DNA of 64,000 nucleotides from Spirochaetia bacterium (GTDB taxonomy: Bacteria > Spirochaetota > Spirochaetia > SP-2023): contig CBDDCK010000005.1 of the NCBI GenBank assembly GCA_965225855.1, positions 1,376,001-1,440,000 on the forward strand. Direction: 5' to 3'. Of this stretch, positions 28,852-40,474 are shown in pieces. The notes under the pieces are model-generated. The model saw nothing but the letters and a program-made list of their open reading frames with translations, searched no databases and was not told the DNA's origin. Each line of letters begins with the position of its first letter. Position 1 is the stretch's first letter. The position numbers were made by a program, and so were the translations under genes.

Positions 28852-29358
28852 TTAACCCCAAAAGTCTTTCAATTCTTTACCACGAGCTTCTGCTCTAGCA
28901 GAAGCAGGTATTAAACGCCCAAGCCCCTCCAAAGCTGCTAAAATCATATTCAAAGAATTATTTGAACCCAAAGATTTTGCCAAAACATCTTTTATTCCCG
29001 CAGCCTCTAAAACCGCACGAACAGAACCACCTGCAATAACCCCTGTACCCTGAGTAGCAGGCTTAATTAGGATAACACTTTTTTTGTATTTGCCTTTAAT
29101 TTCGTATGGTGTGCTAGATTTACTGGACAAAGATACTAAAATCATACTCTTTTTCGCCCGTTCCGTACTTTTACGAATCGCTTCCGATACATCATTCGCT
29201 TTACCCAAACCATAACCGACACGCCCATTTCCATCACCAACTACCATAAGAGCAGAAAAAGACATTTTATTGCCACCTTTTACTGCTTTGGAAATACGTT
29301 TGACTTCTATTAAAGTTTCAATCAGGTTATTCTTTTCATTATCATGGACGTCTGACAT
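28852..29358 (-). CDS. rpsE: 30S ribosomal protein S5
   Basis: VVGDGNGRVGYGLGKANDV, GTGVIAGG. Confidence 0.98.
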   Translation of the reverse strand: MSDVHDNEKNNLIETLIEVKRISKAVKGGNKMSFSALMVVGDGNGRVGYGLGKANDVSEAIRKSTERAKKSMILVSLSSKSSTPYEIKGKYKKSVILIKPATQGTGVIAGGSVRAVLEAAGIKDVLAKSLGSNNSLNMILAALEGLGRLIPASARAEARGKELKDFWG

Positions 29359-29366
29359 ATATTCTC

Positions 29367-29717
29367 CTAAACCTTAATTCCATTGTCACGAACATTATCA
29401 ACAACAGCCCTAACGACACCGTGAAATTTATAACCTTTTCTATCAAAAACAACTACAGAGACATCGGCCTTTTTCAATTCTTCTGCCATCAATTTACCCA
29501 GAACAACCCCACCATCAATATTAGGACGAACATCCAATTTGAGAGTTGATGCTGCAGCAACGGTATGCCCATCATCATCATTTATAGCCTGAAGATATAA
29601 ATATCTATGGCTCTTAAATATAGTTAAACGAGGGCGATCGGCAGTACCATAAATCTTTTTACGAACCCTGCCTTTACGACGATTCCGTTGACAAATCTTA
29701 TCCGACAAAGAACTCAT
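29367..29717 (-). CDS. rplR: 50S ribosomal protein L18
   Basis: GTADRPRL, VVFDRKGYKFHG. Confidence 0.97.
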   Translation of the reverse strand: MSSLSDKICQRNRRKGRVRKKIYGTADRPRLTIFKSHRYLYLQAINDDDGHTVAAASTLKLDVRPNIDGGVVLGKLMAEELKKADVSVVVFDRKGYKFHGVVRAVVDNVRDNGIKV

Positions 29718-29730
29718 TTTTACTCCCTAT

Positions 29731-30270
29731 TTATTTTTTACCAGACTTACCAGCTTTCCGGCGGATGACTTCATCTGCATATTTCACACCTTTACCTTTA
29801 TAAGGCTCTGGCGGCCTTAGACCACGAATCTCACTGGCGACTTTACCCACTATGACTTTATCGATCCCAGAAACAAATACTTTGGTATTATCCTCTATTG
29901 CAAGTTGTATTCCTTCAGGTGCAACATATTCAATCTGCATAGAATAACCCAAAGAAAACAAAAGACCAGAACCTTTTGATTCTGCACGATAACCAACACC
30001 ATTTATCTCCAAAACTTTCTGGAATCCAGTAGAAACACCTTTGACCATATTTCCGACTAAACGAGCATATAAACCATGCATTGACTTAGCAACCTTACTA
30101 TCATCAATACGTTGAACACGAACTTCCTGACTGTTAATATCAAAAGAAATTTCGGAACGAATCATCTGACGAAGCTCACCTTTTGGGCCTTTAACAATTA
30201 AAAAATCATCATCTATCGCAACGTTAACACCAGAAGGCAACGCAATAGACTGATTACCGACTCTTGACAT
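29731..30270 (-). CDS. rplF: 50S ribosomal protein L6
   Basis: MSRVG, RPPEPYKGKGVKY. Confidence 0.98.
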   Translation of the reverse strand: MSRVGNQSIALPSGVNVAIDDDFLIVKGPKGELRQMIRSEISFDINSQEVRVQRIDDSKVAKSMHGLYARLVGNMVKGVSTGFQKVLEINGVGYRAESKGSGLLFSLGYSMQIEYVAPEGIQLAIEDNTKVFVSGIDKVIVGKVASEIRGLRPPEPYKGKGVKYADEVIRRKAGKSGKK

Positions 30271-30288
30271 GATATAACCTACCTCAAA

Positions 30289-30681
30289 TCACCATATTCT
30301 ACAGAGCGGTTCTCCACCAACTCTGTCCACAGTGGCTTTCTTACCTGTAATAATTCCCGCCGAAGTCGACAAAATTAAAGTACCATAGCCATTGAATACC
30401 CTAGGCATTTCCCGATAACCAAAATATACCCGTCTACCAGGCCTAGAAACACGTTCTATACCTTGAATTACAGATTTCTCATCTTCATCATATTTCAAAA
30501 ATATACGAATCTTACTACTTTCAGGCGTTTTTCTGTAGTTTTTAATATAACCTTCACTTTTAAAAATACGAACGATTTCTATTTTTATTTTTGAACTTCG
30601 GACATCAATCTTATCCAACCCAGCACGACTGGCATTGCGTATTTTGGTCAACATATCAGCTATTGGATCTGAAACACTCAT
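30289..30681 (-). CDS. rpsH: 30S ribosomal protein S8
   Basis: [22 protein letters not shown]. Confidence 0.98.
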   Translation of the reverse strand: MSVSDPIADMLTKIRNASRAGLDKIDVRSSKIKIEIVRIFKSEGYIKNYRKTPESSKIRIFLKYDEDEKSVIQGIERVSRPGRRVYFGYREMPRVFNGYGTLILSTSAGIITGKKATVDRVGGEPLCRIW

Positions 30682-30703
30682 TTATTAATGATTCTCCTTC
30701 AAT

Positions 30704-30889
30704 CTACCAACTAGATTTTGTAACACCAGGAAGCATACCTTCATTGGCTAATTTACGAAAACAGATACGACAAAGATTAAATTTGCGCATATACCCACGT
30801 GGACGACCACAACAACCACAACGATTGACTCTACGAGTCGAAAACTTCGATGGACGCTGAGCTTTAACAATCATTGATTTTTTAGCCAT
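30704..30889 (-). CDS. rpsN: 30S ribosomal protein S14 (zinc-binding, 61 aa type)
   Basis: [23 protein letters not shown]. Confidence 0.98.
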   Translation of the reverse strand: MAKKSMIVKAQRPSKFSTRRVNRCGCCGRPRGYMRKFNLCRICFRKLANEGMLPGVTKSSW

Positions 30890-30891
30890 AA

Positions 30892-31437
30892 CTACGCTCC
30901 TTTCTGGAATGGCATACCCATCTTATCCAACAGGGCTTTACCTTCTTCGTCCGATTTAGCTGTAGTAACAATATTTATATTCATACCGCGAATTTGATCA
31001 ATTTTATCATAGTCAATTTCAGGAAAAATTATCTGCTCATCAATACCTAAAGAAAGATTTCCATTACGATCAAAACCTTTGGTCGAAATACCGCGAAAAT
31101 CTTTAACACGAGGTAAAGCAACATTGACTAAACGATCGTAAAATTCATACATCCTTTGCCCACGCAAAGTTACTTTGACTCCAACTGCCATACCCGCCCG
31201 AACTTTAAAGGCTGCAACAGATTTTTTAGCCAAAGTCTTCACACCCATTTGGCCAGTAATCAAGGCTAGTTCAGTCAATGCACTATCCAATACCTTTTTA
31301 TTCTGAATTGCTTCACCAATACCAATACTCACAATTATCTTCTCTAAAGCAGGAACTTGCATTACCGATTTATAAGAAAATTGCTTCTGCAATTCAGGGA
31401 GCACAACCTCTTTATAAATCTTTTTCATTCGCACCAT
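30892..31437 (-). CDS. rplE: 50S ribosomal protein L5
   Basis: [21 protein letters not shown]. Confidence 0.98.
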   Translation of the reverse strand: MVRMKKIYKEVVLPELQKQFSYKSVMQVPALEKIIVSIGIGEAIQNKKVLDSALTELALITGQMGVKTLAKKSVAAFKVRAGMAVGVKVTLRGQRMYEFYDRLVNVALPRVKDFRGISTKGFDRNGNLSLGIDEQIIFPEIDYDKIDQIRGMNINIVTTAKSDEEGKALLDKMGMPFQKGA

Positions 31438-31449
31438 TATTATTGCTCC

Positions 31450-31794
31450 TTAAAATGCCTTATCACATTTGCGGCAAATTCGCTCTTTTCTACGCCCTTC
31501 TCCGTTGTAACCCACACGCGTTGGACCACAACTAGAACAAACAATCATCACATTTGAAATATCCATATAGGCCTCAATTTCAACTATCTCACCTTGTTCA
31601 CCTTCTCGCTGAGATTTCTTCGTCTTTTTTACAATATTAAAACCTTCAACCATTACACGACGTCTATCTCTGTCAACTTGAATAATACGACCTTCGCTTT
31701 TCACTCCTCTGTCTTTACCAGCAATAATGCGAACCAAATCCCCTTTTGCTAATTTTACTTTATTACTATCGGTATTGAAAATTTTCTTATTCAT
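31450..31794 (-). CDS. rplX: 50S ribosomal protein L24
   Basis: KGDLVRIIAGKDRG KOW motif; position in spc operon. Confidence 0.96.
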   Translation of the reverse strand: MNKKIFNTDSNKVKLAKGDLVRIIAGKDRGVKSEGRIIQVDRDRRRVMVEGFNIVKKTKKSQREGEQGEIVEIEAYMDISNVMIVCSSCGPTRVGYNGEGRRKERICRKCDKAF

Positions 31795-31849
31795 ACTACT
31801 TACCTACCTAATATCAGCCGACTACAAAACCATGGTAACATCTTGAAAA

Positions 31850-32218
31850 TCATAAAACCTCGGGAGCTAAAGAAATTACTTTCATAAAATTCACTTCACG
31901 AAGCTCGCGAGCCACAGGCCCAAAAATACGCTTACCCACTGGATTAGAATTATTATCCAATATAACACAAGCGTTATCGTCAAAACGAATATAAGTACCA
32001 TCAATCCTGCGATATTCTTTATGTACTCGAACGATAACCGCCTTCCTAACATCACCTTTCTTAATGACTGATTGGGGTAAAGCCTCTTTTACAGCAATGA
32101 CAATAATATCACCTATACTAGCCCAACGCCTCTTAGAACCACCTAAAATTTTAATACATTCCACACGTTTAGCGCCAGAATTATCTGCGACATTAAGGCG
32201 AGTACTCATCTGAATCAT
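31850..32218 (-). CDS. rplN: 50S ribosomal protein L14
   Basis: [27 protein letters not shown]. Confidence 0.98.
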   Translation of the reverse strand: MIQMSTRLNVADNSGAKRVECIKILGGSKRRWASIGDIIVIAVKEALPQSVIKKGDVRKAVIVRVHKEYRRIDGTYIRFDDNACVILDNNSNPVGKRIFGPVARELREVNFMKVISLAPEVL

Positions 32219-32269
32219 AATTTTATCCTTTTTATTATATCTACAAAACTATTACAAATAGTACAAAAC

Positions 32270-32521
32270 TTACAATGCCTGCTCTACGATCTCAACTAGC
32301 TTCCAGCATTTTTCTTTGCTGATTGGACGACATTCAACAATACGAACACGGTCTCCAACATGAGCAGTATTTTCTTCATCATGAACTTTATATTTTTTTG
32401 ACCAAGCTACATATTTTCTATAAATGGGATGCAATTTACGTGTTGAAACTTGAACCACAATACTTTTGTGCATCTTATCACTGACAACTTTACCAATAAA
32501 AGTTTTCTTATTTACTTTCAT
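32270..32521 (-). CDS. rpsQ: 30S ribosomal protein S17
   Basis: [17 protein letters not shown]. Confidence 0.98.
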   Translation of the reverse strand: MKVNKKTFIGKVVSDKMHKSIVVQVSTRKLHPIYRKYVAWSKKYKVHDEENTAHVGDRVRIVECRPISKEKCWKLVEIVEQAL

Positions 32522-32542
32522 TTCTTTCCTTAGGCCTAATTT

Positions 32543-32728
32543 TTAAGAGTTTCGTTGCGCAATTTTTGTATTTAAACGCGCTATACTACGACGAATATTG
32601 CGAATATCAATAGGATTTTCTAAATGACCAATGACTTTATCAAAACGCAATTTACGCTGATGCTCTAATAATTTTTTACGTTTAGCAATCATTTCAACTA
32701 AAGAGAAATCATCAAATTTTTCTTTCAT
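32543..32728 (-). CDS. rpmC: 50S ribosomal protein L29
   Basis: LENPIDIRNIRRSIARLNT; position. Confidence 0.95.
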   Translation of the reverse strand: MKEKFDDFSLVEMIAKRKKLLEHQRKLRFDKVIGHLENPIDIRNIRRSIARLNTKIAQRNS

Positions 32729-32744
32729 TATATTTTCCTAACTA

Positions 32745-33170
32745 TTAGTGAACTTTCTTAACAAAACGTGCACGAACAGGTAATTTACTGGCAGCTAACT
32801 GCATCGCCTGCTGTGCCAAATCGGCATGAACTCCAGCAACTTCAAACAAAACTGTACTTCTTTGTATCGGCACAATCCACATTTCAGGACTACCTTTTCC
32901 TTTTCCCATTCTCGTTTCAGCTGGTTTTTTGGTATAGGGCACATCCGGAAACACACGAATCCAAACTTTACCGCCACGTTTCAAATGACGAGTCATAGCA
33001 ATACGTGCTGCCTCTATTTGACGTGAAGTTAAATATTTTTGATCTTCAGATACCAAGCCGAATTCACCAAAAGAAATTGTATTACCACGAGTGGCATTCT
33101 CACGCAAACCACAATAAGAACGCCTCTGTTTTTTACGATAAGTAAGTCTTTTCGGACTTAAAAGTGCCAT
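32745..33170 (-). CDS. rplP: 50S ribosomal protein L16
   Basis: RQIEAARIA, KKPAETRMGKGKG. Confidence 0.98.
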   Translation of the reverse strand: MALLSPKRLTYRKKQRRSYCGLRENATRGNTISFGEFGLVSEDQKYLTSRQIEAARIAMTRHLKRGGKVWIRVFPDVPYTKKPAETRMGKGKGSPEMWIVPIQRSTVLFEVAGVHADLAQQAMQLAASKLPVRARFVKKVH

Positions 33171-33190
33171 CTCTATATACCCCTTTTGCT

Positions 33191-33886
33191 CTATTCTGCT
33201 GAATCAATAGGTCTGCGAACCAAGTTACCAGCGTCTTCTTTGGTATTACTCTTATAAATTTCACCAAGACATATCCAAATTTTTATACCTATAATACCAT
33301 ATGTAGTGGGAGCTTCAGCAAAACCATAGTCAATATTTGCACGAAGCGTATGCAAAGGAACTCTACCCTCTTTCAATTCCAGAGAACGGGCCATATCAGC
33401 ACCGCCTAAACGGCCAGAGATTTTAATCTTAACACCCTGAACATTACTTTGCTTCATTACACTAGCTAAAGACATTTTTAATACACGGCGAAAAGTGCCT
33501 CTACCACGCAGCTGCCGAGCAATATTTAAAGCTACAATTTGTGCACTCGATTCAGGCCTGCGAATTTCTTTAATTTTTATATTCAAAATGTCTTTCGTCA
33601 ATTTCTGTAATTCTTTTTGCAGACGTTCAATATTAGAGCCTTTCGCCCCAATAATATAACCTGGACGAGCAGTATGAATCAAAAAAGTTATACGTTTTGG
33701 TTTGCGAATAATTTTGACATCACTAATATCTGCAGATTGATATCCTATTGTATTTTTCAAAGCATTGCGCAAACGCAAATCTTCATGAAGCATTATTGCA
33801 TAATCCTTCCCACTAAAATACCAACGAGATTTCCAATCGTTATTTATCCCCAAACGAAAACCATATGGATGTACTTTTTGACCCAT
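33191..33886 (-). CDS. rpsC: 30S ribosomal protein S3
   Basis: MGQKVHPYGFRLG, GRVPLHTLRANIDY. Confidence 0.98.
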   Translation of the reverse strand: MGQKVHPYGFRLGINNDWKSRWYFSGKDYAIMLHEDLRLRNALKNTIGYQSADISDVKIIRKPKRITFLIHTARPGYIIGAKGSNIERLQKELQKLTKDILNIKIKEIRRPESSAQIVALNIARQLRGRGTFRRVLKMSLASVMKQSNVQGVKIKISGRLGGADMARSLELKEGRVPLHTLRANIDYGFAEAPTTYGIIGIKIWICLGEIYKSNTKEDAGNLVRRPIDSAE

Positions 33887-33909
33887 TATAAATCCTTCTT
33901 TTGTCTACT

Positions 33910-34245
33910 TCATCTCAAATCTAAAACTACAACAATATGGGCATAACGCTTTAATTGCCTATCGGCACGACCACGACCACGCGCCCAAATTCTCTTATGC
34001 CGAGTTCCTTCATTTACCAACAATTCTTTAACAAATAAACTTTCTTCATCAATATTGCTATTCAAGTCAATAGCATTAGCCGCAGCTGAACGAAGAACTT
34101 TCAATAAAAAAGCAGCTCCCTTGTGGGGCAACGTTCCTAACACAGCTTCTGCTTCAATATAAGACTGAGACCGTATTAAGTCAGCTATCGGACGAACTTT
34201 GGAAGGCGAGATTGGCAAATATTTTGCCACAGCTTTATAAGTCAT
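33910..34245 (-). CDS. rplV: 50S ribosomal protein L22
   Basis: SPSKVRPIADLIR, RGRGRA. Confidence 0.97.
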   Translation of the reverse strand: MTYKAVAKYLPISPSKVRPIADLIRSQSYIEAEAVLGTLPHKGAAFLLKVLRSAAANAIDLNSNIDEESLFVKELLVNEGTRHKRIWARGRGRADRQLKRYAHIVVVLDLR

Positions 34246-34281
34246 GATTCACTACCCTTTATTCCCAACATTTTCAGTTTT

Positions 34282-34560
34282 TTATTTACGGCCTTTTTTA
34301 TCAGAACCAGCATGTCCACGGAATGAACGAGTAGGAGCAAATTCACCTAATTTATGACCAACCAAATTTTCCGTAACCAACACAGGTACAAAAATTTTGC
34401 CATTATAAACTTGAATCGTTATTCCTACCATTTCAGGTATAATCACTGAAGCACGAGAATAAGTTTTAATAGGCTTTTTATTTATTGAATCAGATTGCAC
34501 CATTACACGTTGAAAAAGTTTCCCCTCAATAAAAGGGCCTTTTTTTATTGATCTAGCCAT
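34282..34560 (-). CDS. rpsS: 30S ribosomal protein S19
   Basis: [22 protein letters not shown]. Confidence 0.98.
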   Translation of the reverse strand: MARSIKKGPFIEGKLFQRVMVQSDSINKKPIKTYSRASVIIPEMVGITIQVYNGKIFVPVLVTENLVGHKLGEFAPTRSFRGHAGSDKKGRK

Positions 34561-34585
34561 ATTCTAATACTCCTACCCCACCAAC

Positions 34586-35425
34586 TTATTTGCGTTTATT
34601 TTTATTTTTTTTACGCTGTACAATAAAGCGATTTGAAACTTTACTGCGCGAACGCGTCTTTTTACCTTTAGTCTGAACACCCCATGGAGTTTGAGGATGC
34701 CGACCTTTTGTACGCCCTTCTCCACCACCATGAGGATGATCGACAGGATTCATCGCAACACCACGAACTTTTGGTCTTCGTCCAAGCCAACGCGAACGAC
34801 CGGCTTTACCAATGCTAATATTCATATGATCGGCATTACTCAAATTACCAATAGTCGCACGACAAGCTTTATGAACCAAACGAACTTCACTAGAAGGTAA
34901 TTTCAACAATACATAATCACCATCACGAGCTGTAATCATCGCCGAAGAACCAGCAGTTCGCACTATTTGCCCGCCCCGACCTGCGGTCAATTCAATATTG
35001 TGAACAACACGACCAACAGGAATATTTTCCAAAGGCAAACTATTCCCAACAACAATTTCTGCATCAGCACCACTGACAACTCTATCACCTACAGCCAGCC
35101 CCTGTGGACACAAAATGTATCGTCTTTCACCATCAAGATAAACAAGCAATGCAATATGCGCGGTACGATTCGGATCATATTCAATTGATTCAACACGAGC
35201 AAGAACACCTATTTTATCTCGCTTAAAATCAATCTGACGGTACAATTTTTTATGGCCACCACCCCGGCGACGAACACTTATAATACCCTTACTATTTCTT
35301 CCAGCATTGCTTTTTTTGCCATTCGATAATTTTTTATACGGCCTATCCTTGGATAAGCCGGAATAATTTACAGTTTGTAAATGCCTTTGACCTGACGTAG
35401 TAGGATTATATTTTTTCAATGCCAT
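34586..35425 (-). CDS. rplB: 50S ribosomal protein L2
   Basis: [26 protein letters not shown]. Confidence 0.99.
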   Translation of the reverse strand: MALKKYNPTTSGQRHLQTVNYSGLSKDRPYKKLSNGKKSNAGRNSKGIISVRRRGGGHKKLYRQIDFKRDKIGVLARVESIEYDPNRTAHIALLVYLDGERRYILCPQGLAVGDRVVSGADAEIVVGNSLPLENIPVGRVVHNIELTAGRGGQIVRTAGSSAMITARDGDYVLLKLPSSEVRLVHKACRATIGNLSNADHMNISIGKAGRSRWLGRRPKVRGVAMNPVDHPHGGGEGRTKGRHPQTPWGVQTKGKKTRSRSKVSNRFIVQRKKNKNKRK

Positions 35426-35436
35426 AATTCAACTCT

Positions 35437-35772
35437 TTACACTTCACCAAGATTTTCCAAAGCATCGATAACTTTACCATTAGGCAGAGTTACAATAGCT
35501 TTTTTCCAAATAGCTGTTTCACCATAACCACGCTTAAAGCTAAGTTTAGAGACTGGTGAATTGCGCTTCTTCTTACTCTTAACAGTAATGATATTGCAAG
35601 ACAACGGCTCAACACCAAACAACATTTTCACCGCATACAGAATCTGAAATTTATTAGCACGCATATCAACTTTAAAAGTATATTGTTTATACCCAGATAT
35701 TTTGTTTTGAAGCATACTACTTTTTTCCGTCAACAAAGGACGAATTAAAATATTCTCTACTTCCATTATCAC
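35437..35772 (-). CDS. rplW: 50S ribosomal protein L23
   Basis: PLLTEKS, WKKAIVTL. Confidence 0.95.
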   Translation of the reverse strand: MIMEVENILIRPLLTEKSSMLQNKISGYKQYTFKVDMRANKFQILYAVKMLFGVEPLSCNIITVKSKKKRNSPVSKLSFKRGYGETAIWKKAIVTLPNGKVIDALENLGEV

Positions 35773-36422
35773 ACAACCTTATTTTTGCAATAAAAAGAAT
35801 TTAAGCCTTTTATTGCCGATTCTGTAAATAAAATCTTCTTGGCATAAAAAAAGCCATGCACCTGCAATCGCCAATAATCCAATAAAACTAAATTAGAAAC
35901 ATTGTCACCCGCACGACGTATCAATTTATTTTGATCTAAATTATCACCCAAAACAATAACAACACGCTCTTTCTTTACTATAACAAAATTTACCAACTTA
36001 GAAACAATATCCCTAGTCTTACCAGATTCAATTTGAAAATCCTCAATAATTTTAACGATATCATCATCAGCCACACGGAGAGATAATAAGCTTTTATAGG
36101 CATTTTGCTTCATTTTTTTTGGCATATCTTGCCTATAACTCCTAAGATGTGGACCAAAAGCAACACCACCACCTTTCCAAATAGGAGAACGCTTATGCCC
36201 GACACGAGCCCGACCTGTACCTTTTTGACGCCAAGGCTTTGCAGTCGAACCTCGCACCTCTGCACAACGGCGGGTCTCAGCGGTCCCTTGACGTTTATTA
36301 GCCAATTCAGATAACAATAATTGATGGATCAAACCTTCATTAACTTTCACACAAAACACATCATTAGCCAACTGAATAGAACCTTTTTCACTACCATCTA
36401 TAGAATATAATTTCTTTTCCAT
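35769..36422 (-). CDS. rplD: 50S ribosomal protein L4
   Basis: KPWRQKGTGRAR, SPIWKGGGVAFGP. Confidence 0.98.
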   Translation of the reverse strand: MEKKLYSIDGSEKGSIQLANDVFCVKVNEGLIHQLLLSELANKRQGTAETRRCAEVRGSTAKPWRQKGTGRARVGHKRSPIWKGGGVAFGPHLRSYRQDMPKKMKQNAYKSLLSLRVADDDIVKIIEDFQIESGKTRDIVSKLVNFVIVKKERVVIVLGDNLDQNKLIRRAGDNVSNLVLLDYWRLQVHGFFYAKKILFTESAIKGLNSFYCKNKVV

Positions 36423-36483
36423 TTATTAACCCTAATAAACACCAAACTAATAATTCAATAAAGTATATTATTAAAATTTAGAC

Positions 36484-37107
36484 TTATGATTTCTTTTTAG
36501 CTTTACGAACAACAACACGAGAACCTTTACTGCCAGGCACAGAACCACACACAACCAACAAACCTTTATCCGCCTCAATACGCAAAACTCTAAGATTCTG
36601 AACGGTAACACGTTCTTTGCCCATTCTTCCGGCCATTTTCGTACCACGAAAAGTACGAGAAGGCCACGCTGCTTGACCAGTAGAACCTAAGTCCCGATGA
36701 AACTTAGAACCATGTGTCTTGCGACCGCCACTAAATCCATGACGCTTCATGCCACCTTGAAAACCCTTTCCCTTTGAAACCCCAACAATATCAACATAGC
36801 GAATATCTTCAAATATCTCTAAACCCAATTCCTGGCCAACTTCACAATCCACAGAAAAATCACGAAACTCTTTCAACGAAACACAAGGAATACCACCATC
36901 TAAAAACTGACCTAAACAGACTTTATTCATACGATGAACATTTGATATTTTCTGCCCTAACAAAACAGCATCATACCCATTATTTTCTTTTGTCTGCTTT
37001 TTTACTACAAGATTCTTTTCTACTTCAATCACAGTTACAGGCTCAACAGAACCATCTTCAGAGAAAAACTGTGCCATACCGTGTTTCTTACCAATCAATG
37101 CAATCAT
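36484..37107 (-). CDS. rplC: 50S ribosomal protein L3
   Basis: SKGKGFQGGMKRHGF, KMAGRMG. Confidence 0.98.
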   Translation of the reverse strand: MIALIGKKHGMAQFFSEDGSVEPVTVIEVEKNLVVKKQTKENNGYDAVLLGQKISNVHRMNKVCLGQFLDGGIPCVSLKEFRDFSVDCEVGQELGLEIFEDIRYVDIVGVSKGKGFQGGMKRHGFSGGRKTHGSKFHRDLGSTGQAAWPSRTFRGTKMAGRMGKERVTVQNLRVLRIEADKGLLVVCGSVPGSKGSRVVVRKAKKKS

Positions 37108-37139
37108 TTTATCTCACTATAATAACTGAATTTAAACTA

Positions 37140-37451
37140 TTAACGAATTTCGACATCGACCCCAGCAGGAAGCTCTACATGCTGCAATGCGTCCATCGCC
37201 GTCCCAGACGGGTTTATAATATCTAGCAATCTTTTATGAGTACGCATTTCAAATTGCTCCCGAGATTCTTTATGAATAAAAGTCGATTTATTGACAGTAA
37301 ACTTTTGTATTCTAGTAGGCAGGGGTATAGGGCCAGCAAACTTTGTATCATATTGAACCAATGTATCAATAATAGAACTAACACTTTTTTCAATTAAACG
37401 AACATCAAAGCTTTTTAAACGAACCCGAACTCTATCTTTCATTAAAAACAC
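37140..37451 (-). CDS. rpsJ: 30S ribosomal protein S10
   Basis: GPIPLPT, SREQFEMRTHKRL. Confidence 0.98.
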   Translation of the reverse strand: MFLMKDRVRVRLKSFDVRLIEKSVSSIIDTLVQYDTKFAGPIPLPTRIQKFTVNKSTFIHKESREQFEMRTHKRLLDIINPSGTAMDALQHVELPAGVDVEIR

Positions 37452-37587
37452 CTTTCATTCCTATAAAAACTAATTGCTTTTATGAAGAAATTTTACATTC
37501 TAAAAATTGAGCAGAAAACTACGGGCCAGATACCATAACGATTCCAAATAACTATGCCAATAGTATTCTGCTAATCAAAAAAATAAA

Positions 37588-38772
37588 TTACTCAATAACT
37601 TCTAAAACCTGACCGGAAGCAACTGTACGCCCACCTTCACGAATAGAAAATTTCAAACCAGAATCCATTGCAATCGAACTAATCAATTGGACTTCCAATT
37701 CACAATTATCACCGGGCATGACCATTTCCTTACCACCTAACAAAACAACAGAACCTGTAACATCGGTTGTGCGGAAATAAAATTGCGGACGATAACCACT
37801 AAAAAATGGATTATGCCGACCACCTTCATCTTTTGTCAAAGAAACAATAGCTCCCTTAAATTTCTTATGTGGTTTAATCGAAGCGGGTTTACATAAGACT
37901 TGACCACGCTCAACTTTGGTCTTATCGATACCGCGTAATAGACAGCCAATATTATCTCCAGCTTGGCCTTGATCCAATTCTTTTTGAAACATTTCTACAC
38001 CAGTTACTGTAGTTTTTTGAAGCTCACGAATACCGACAATTTCTACTTCATCGCCAACTTTTACAATACCAGACTCTACTCTGCCAGTAACAACAGTACC
38101 GCGACCAGAAATAGAAAAAACATCTTCAATAGGCATCAAAAATTCTTTATCAATAGGACGCTCTGGAATATCAAAATAAGAATCCATCGTATCTAATAAT
38201 TCTTGAATACATTTATTTGCTTCAGCATCTTTAGGATTACTCATTGCTTGAAAAGCAGAACCTTTAACCATAGGCGTATCTTCTGGAAAACCATATTGAA
38301 CCAACAACTCTTGTATTTCCATTTCAACTAATTCAACTAATTCGGGATCAGCCAAATCCATTTTATTCATAAATACAAGTAATTTGGGGACGCCTACCTG
38401 CCGAGCAAGTAAAATATGTTCACGTGTTTGAGGTTCAGGACCAGAATCAGCTGCACAAAGCAAAATTGCTCCATCCATTTGAGCTGCACCCGTAATCATG
38501 TTTTTTACATAATCGGCATGACCAGGACAGTCAACATGTGCATAATGCCGTTCCCCCGTTTCATACTCAACATGCCGAGTATTAATTGTAATACCCCGCT
38601 GACGTTCTTCGGGTGCATTATCAATATCCTCGTAAGACATAACCTTACCACCTGCCTTAGCAGCACAGTACATTGAAATTGCAGCTGTCAAAGTCGTCTT
38701 TCCATGATCAACGTGCCCAATTGTACCTACGTTAATATGAGGTTTCCCTCTTTGAAACTTTTCCTTAGCCAT
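37588..38772 (-). CDS. tuf: Elongation factor Tu
   Basis: [38 protein letters not shown]. Confidence 0.99.
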   Translation of the reverse strand: MAKEKFQRGKPHINVGTIGHVDHGKTTLTAAISMYCAAKAGGKVMSYEDIDNAPEERQRGITINTRHVEYETGERHYAHVDCPGHADYVKNMITGAAQMDGAILLCAADSGPEPQTREHILLARQVGVPKLLVFMNKMDLADPELVELVEMEIQELLVQYGFPEDTPMVKGSAFQAMSNPKDAEANKCIQELLDTMDSYFDIPERPIDKEFLMPIEDVFSISGRGTVVTGRVESGIVKVGDEVEIVGIRELQKTTVTGVEMFQKELDQGQAGDNIGCLLRGIDKTKVERGQVLCKPASIKPHKKFKGAIVSLTKDEGGRHNPFFSGYRPQFYFRTTDVTGSVVLLGGKEMVMPGDNCELEVQLISSIAMDSGLKFSIREGGRTVASGQVLEVIE

Positions 38773-38946
38773 ATCTCCTCCTAATGGACCTAAACTTTTA
38801 TGTTACGCAGCAAACTGCGATTATAAAAAATAAGCTTGAGAAACCACTCAAGCTTGTAAAAGGAAAGAAATTAAAACTTATTAAGTAGCAACTTCACCTT
38901 CAGACTTACAAGACTGTGGTTTAAAGCAATTATTTGTAACTACAAA

Positions 38947-39417
38947 CTACCAACGATAGTGGGCAAAAGCCTTATTTGCCTCCGCCATGCGATGAATATC
39001 TTCTTTTCTCTTAACAGCAGCACCAGTGCCTCGAAAAGCATCTAACAATTCACTTGTTAAACGTTCCTTCATACCACGCCCCGAACGAGAGCGAGCTGCA
39101 TGTATCAACCAACGCATACCCAAAGCTTCACGGCGAGATTCTCTAACCTCAACTGGCACCTGATATGTTGAACCACCAACCCTACGAGAACGAACTTCAA
39201 ACACCGGCTTAACATTTTCCAAAGCTCTGCGAAACGCAATCAGAGCATCTTCACCCGATTTCTCAGCCAAACGATCGAAAGCTTCATAAACTATTTTCTC
39301 ACTAATAGATTTTTTACCATCTAACATCATACGAGTAATAAATTTTTCAACTTCACTACTACCAAAACGAGCATCAGCAATAAATTTGCGCAGAATCACT
39401 CTTTTTTTTCTCGACAT
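38947..39417 (-). CDS. rpsG: 30S ribosomal protein S7
   Basis: [26 protein letters not shown]. Confidence 0.99.
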   Translation of the reverse strand: MSRKKRVILRKFIADARFGSSEVEKFITRMMLDGKKSISEKIVYEAFDRLAEKSGEDALIAFRRALENVKPVFEVRSRRVGGSTYQVPVEVRESRREALGMRWLIHAARSRSGRGMKERLTSELLDAFRGTGAAVKRKEDIHRMAEANKAFAHYRW

Positions 39418-39446
39418 TTCTATTTCTCCAACAACACGAACACGGT

Positions 39447-39821
39447 CTAGGCTTTAGGCCTTTTTGCACCATATTTAGAACGACCACGACGACGTTCATT
39501 TACACCCAATGCATCACGAGTACCGCGAACAATATGATACCGAACTCCAGGTAAATCCTTTACACGACCACCACGGATGACAACAACAGAATGCTCTTGA
39601 AGATTATGCCCAATACCGGGTATATACGCCGTAACTTCAATACCATTTGACAGACGCACACGAGCTACTTTACGCAAAGCAGAATTAGGTTTTTTTGGCG
39701 TAGAAGTGGTAACACGAGTACAAACTCCACATTTTTGAGGACACGCCTGCAACGCTGGCGATTTTGTCTTTTTAAGACTGGAACTACGACCTTTACGCAC
39801 AAGCTGGTTAATAGTTGGCAT
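39447..39821 (-). CDS. rpsL: 30S ribosomal protein S12
   Basis: True start MPTINQLVR at 39821; [21 protein letters not shown]. Confidence 0.99.
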   Translation of the reverse strand: MPTINQLVRKGRSSSLKKTKSPALQACPQKCGVCTRVTTSTPKKPNSALRKVARVRLSNGIEVTAYIPGIGHNLQEHSVVVIRGGRVKDLPGVRYHIVRGTRDALGVNERRRGRSKYGAKRPKA

Positions 39822-40061
39822 TCTATATCTCCAATATATTAATGCAAATGATAAATAAAACCTAAAAATAATTAGGCTCAGCAAAACAAAAATGCAACGC
39901 AATTACAAGCTACCCTTATCGAATAAAGTCACCAAAAGTAAAACAATTCAACAGTGATAACTAATTTTAGGAAAAGCGGATACACGCTTACTTTTTTTAA
40001 AAAATACCCTTACTAAAAAATACCCTTACATTTTATAAATGCTATCAATACAAAACAAAAA

Positions 40062-40133
40062 CATCTCCAGGGGGAATTGAACCCCCGTTGCCAGAATGAA
40101 AATCTGGAGTCCTAACCACTAGACGATGGAGAC
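40062..40133 (-). tRNA. tRNA-Glu(TTC)
   Basis: GTCTCCATCGTCTAGTGG...CCAGA-TTTTCAT-TCTGG...GGTTCAATTCC...GGAGATG cloverleaf. Confidence 0.96.
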
Positions 40134-40141
40134 AAACAAAA

Positions 40142-40214
40142 TGAGCTGGACAGGATTTGAACCTGTGACCCACGCATTAAAAGTGCGTTGCTCTACCAGC
40201 TGAGCTACCAGCCC
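40142..40214 (-). tRNA. tRNA-Lys(TTT)
   Basis: GGGCTGGTAGCTCAG...ACGCA-CTTTTAA-TGCGT...GGTTCAAATCC; upstream TTGACA-18-TATATT. Confidence 0.96.
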
Positions 40215-40474
40215 AAAACATCGAATTCGGTGGAAGAATATAATTTAGATGGCAAAAGCTTGTCAAGTACTTAAAATTTATTTTTTAAATTTATCACAAA
40301 CAAATAAATCGGCACTATTGAAATTCGTTTGCTTTTCTAACGAATTGGAAGAAAAAGCAAACTTTACTTTATTTTTAGACTATGCTATATTCTGCCTGCA
40401 TTATTTGAAATATAAATAATGTTTACTTAAATCATTTAAAAGTAATCACTTCGGATTCCAGTGCAAGGTATTTA

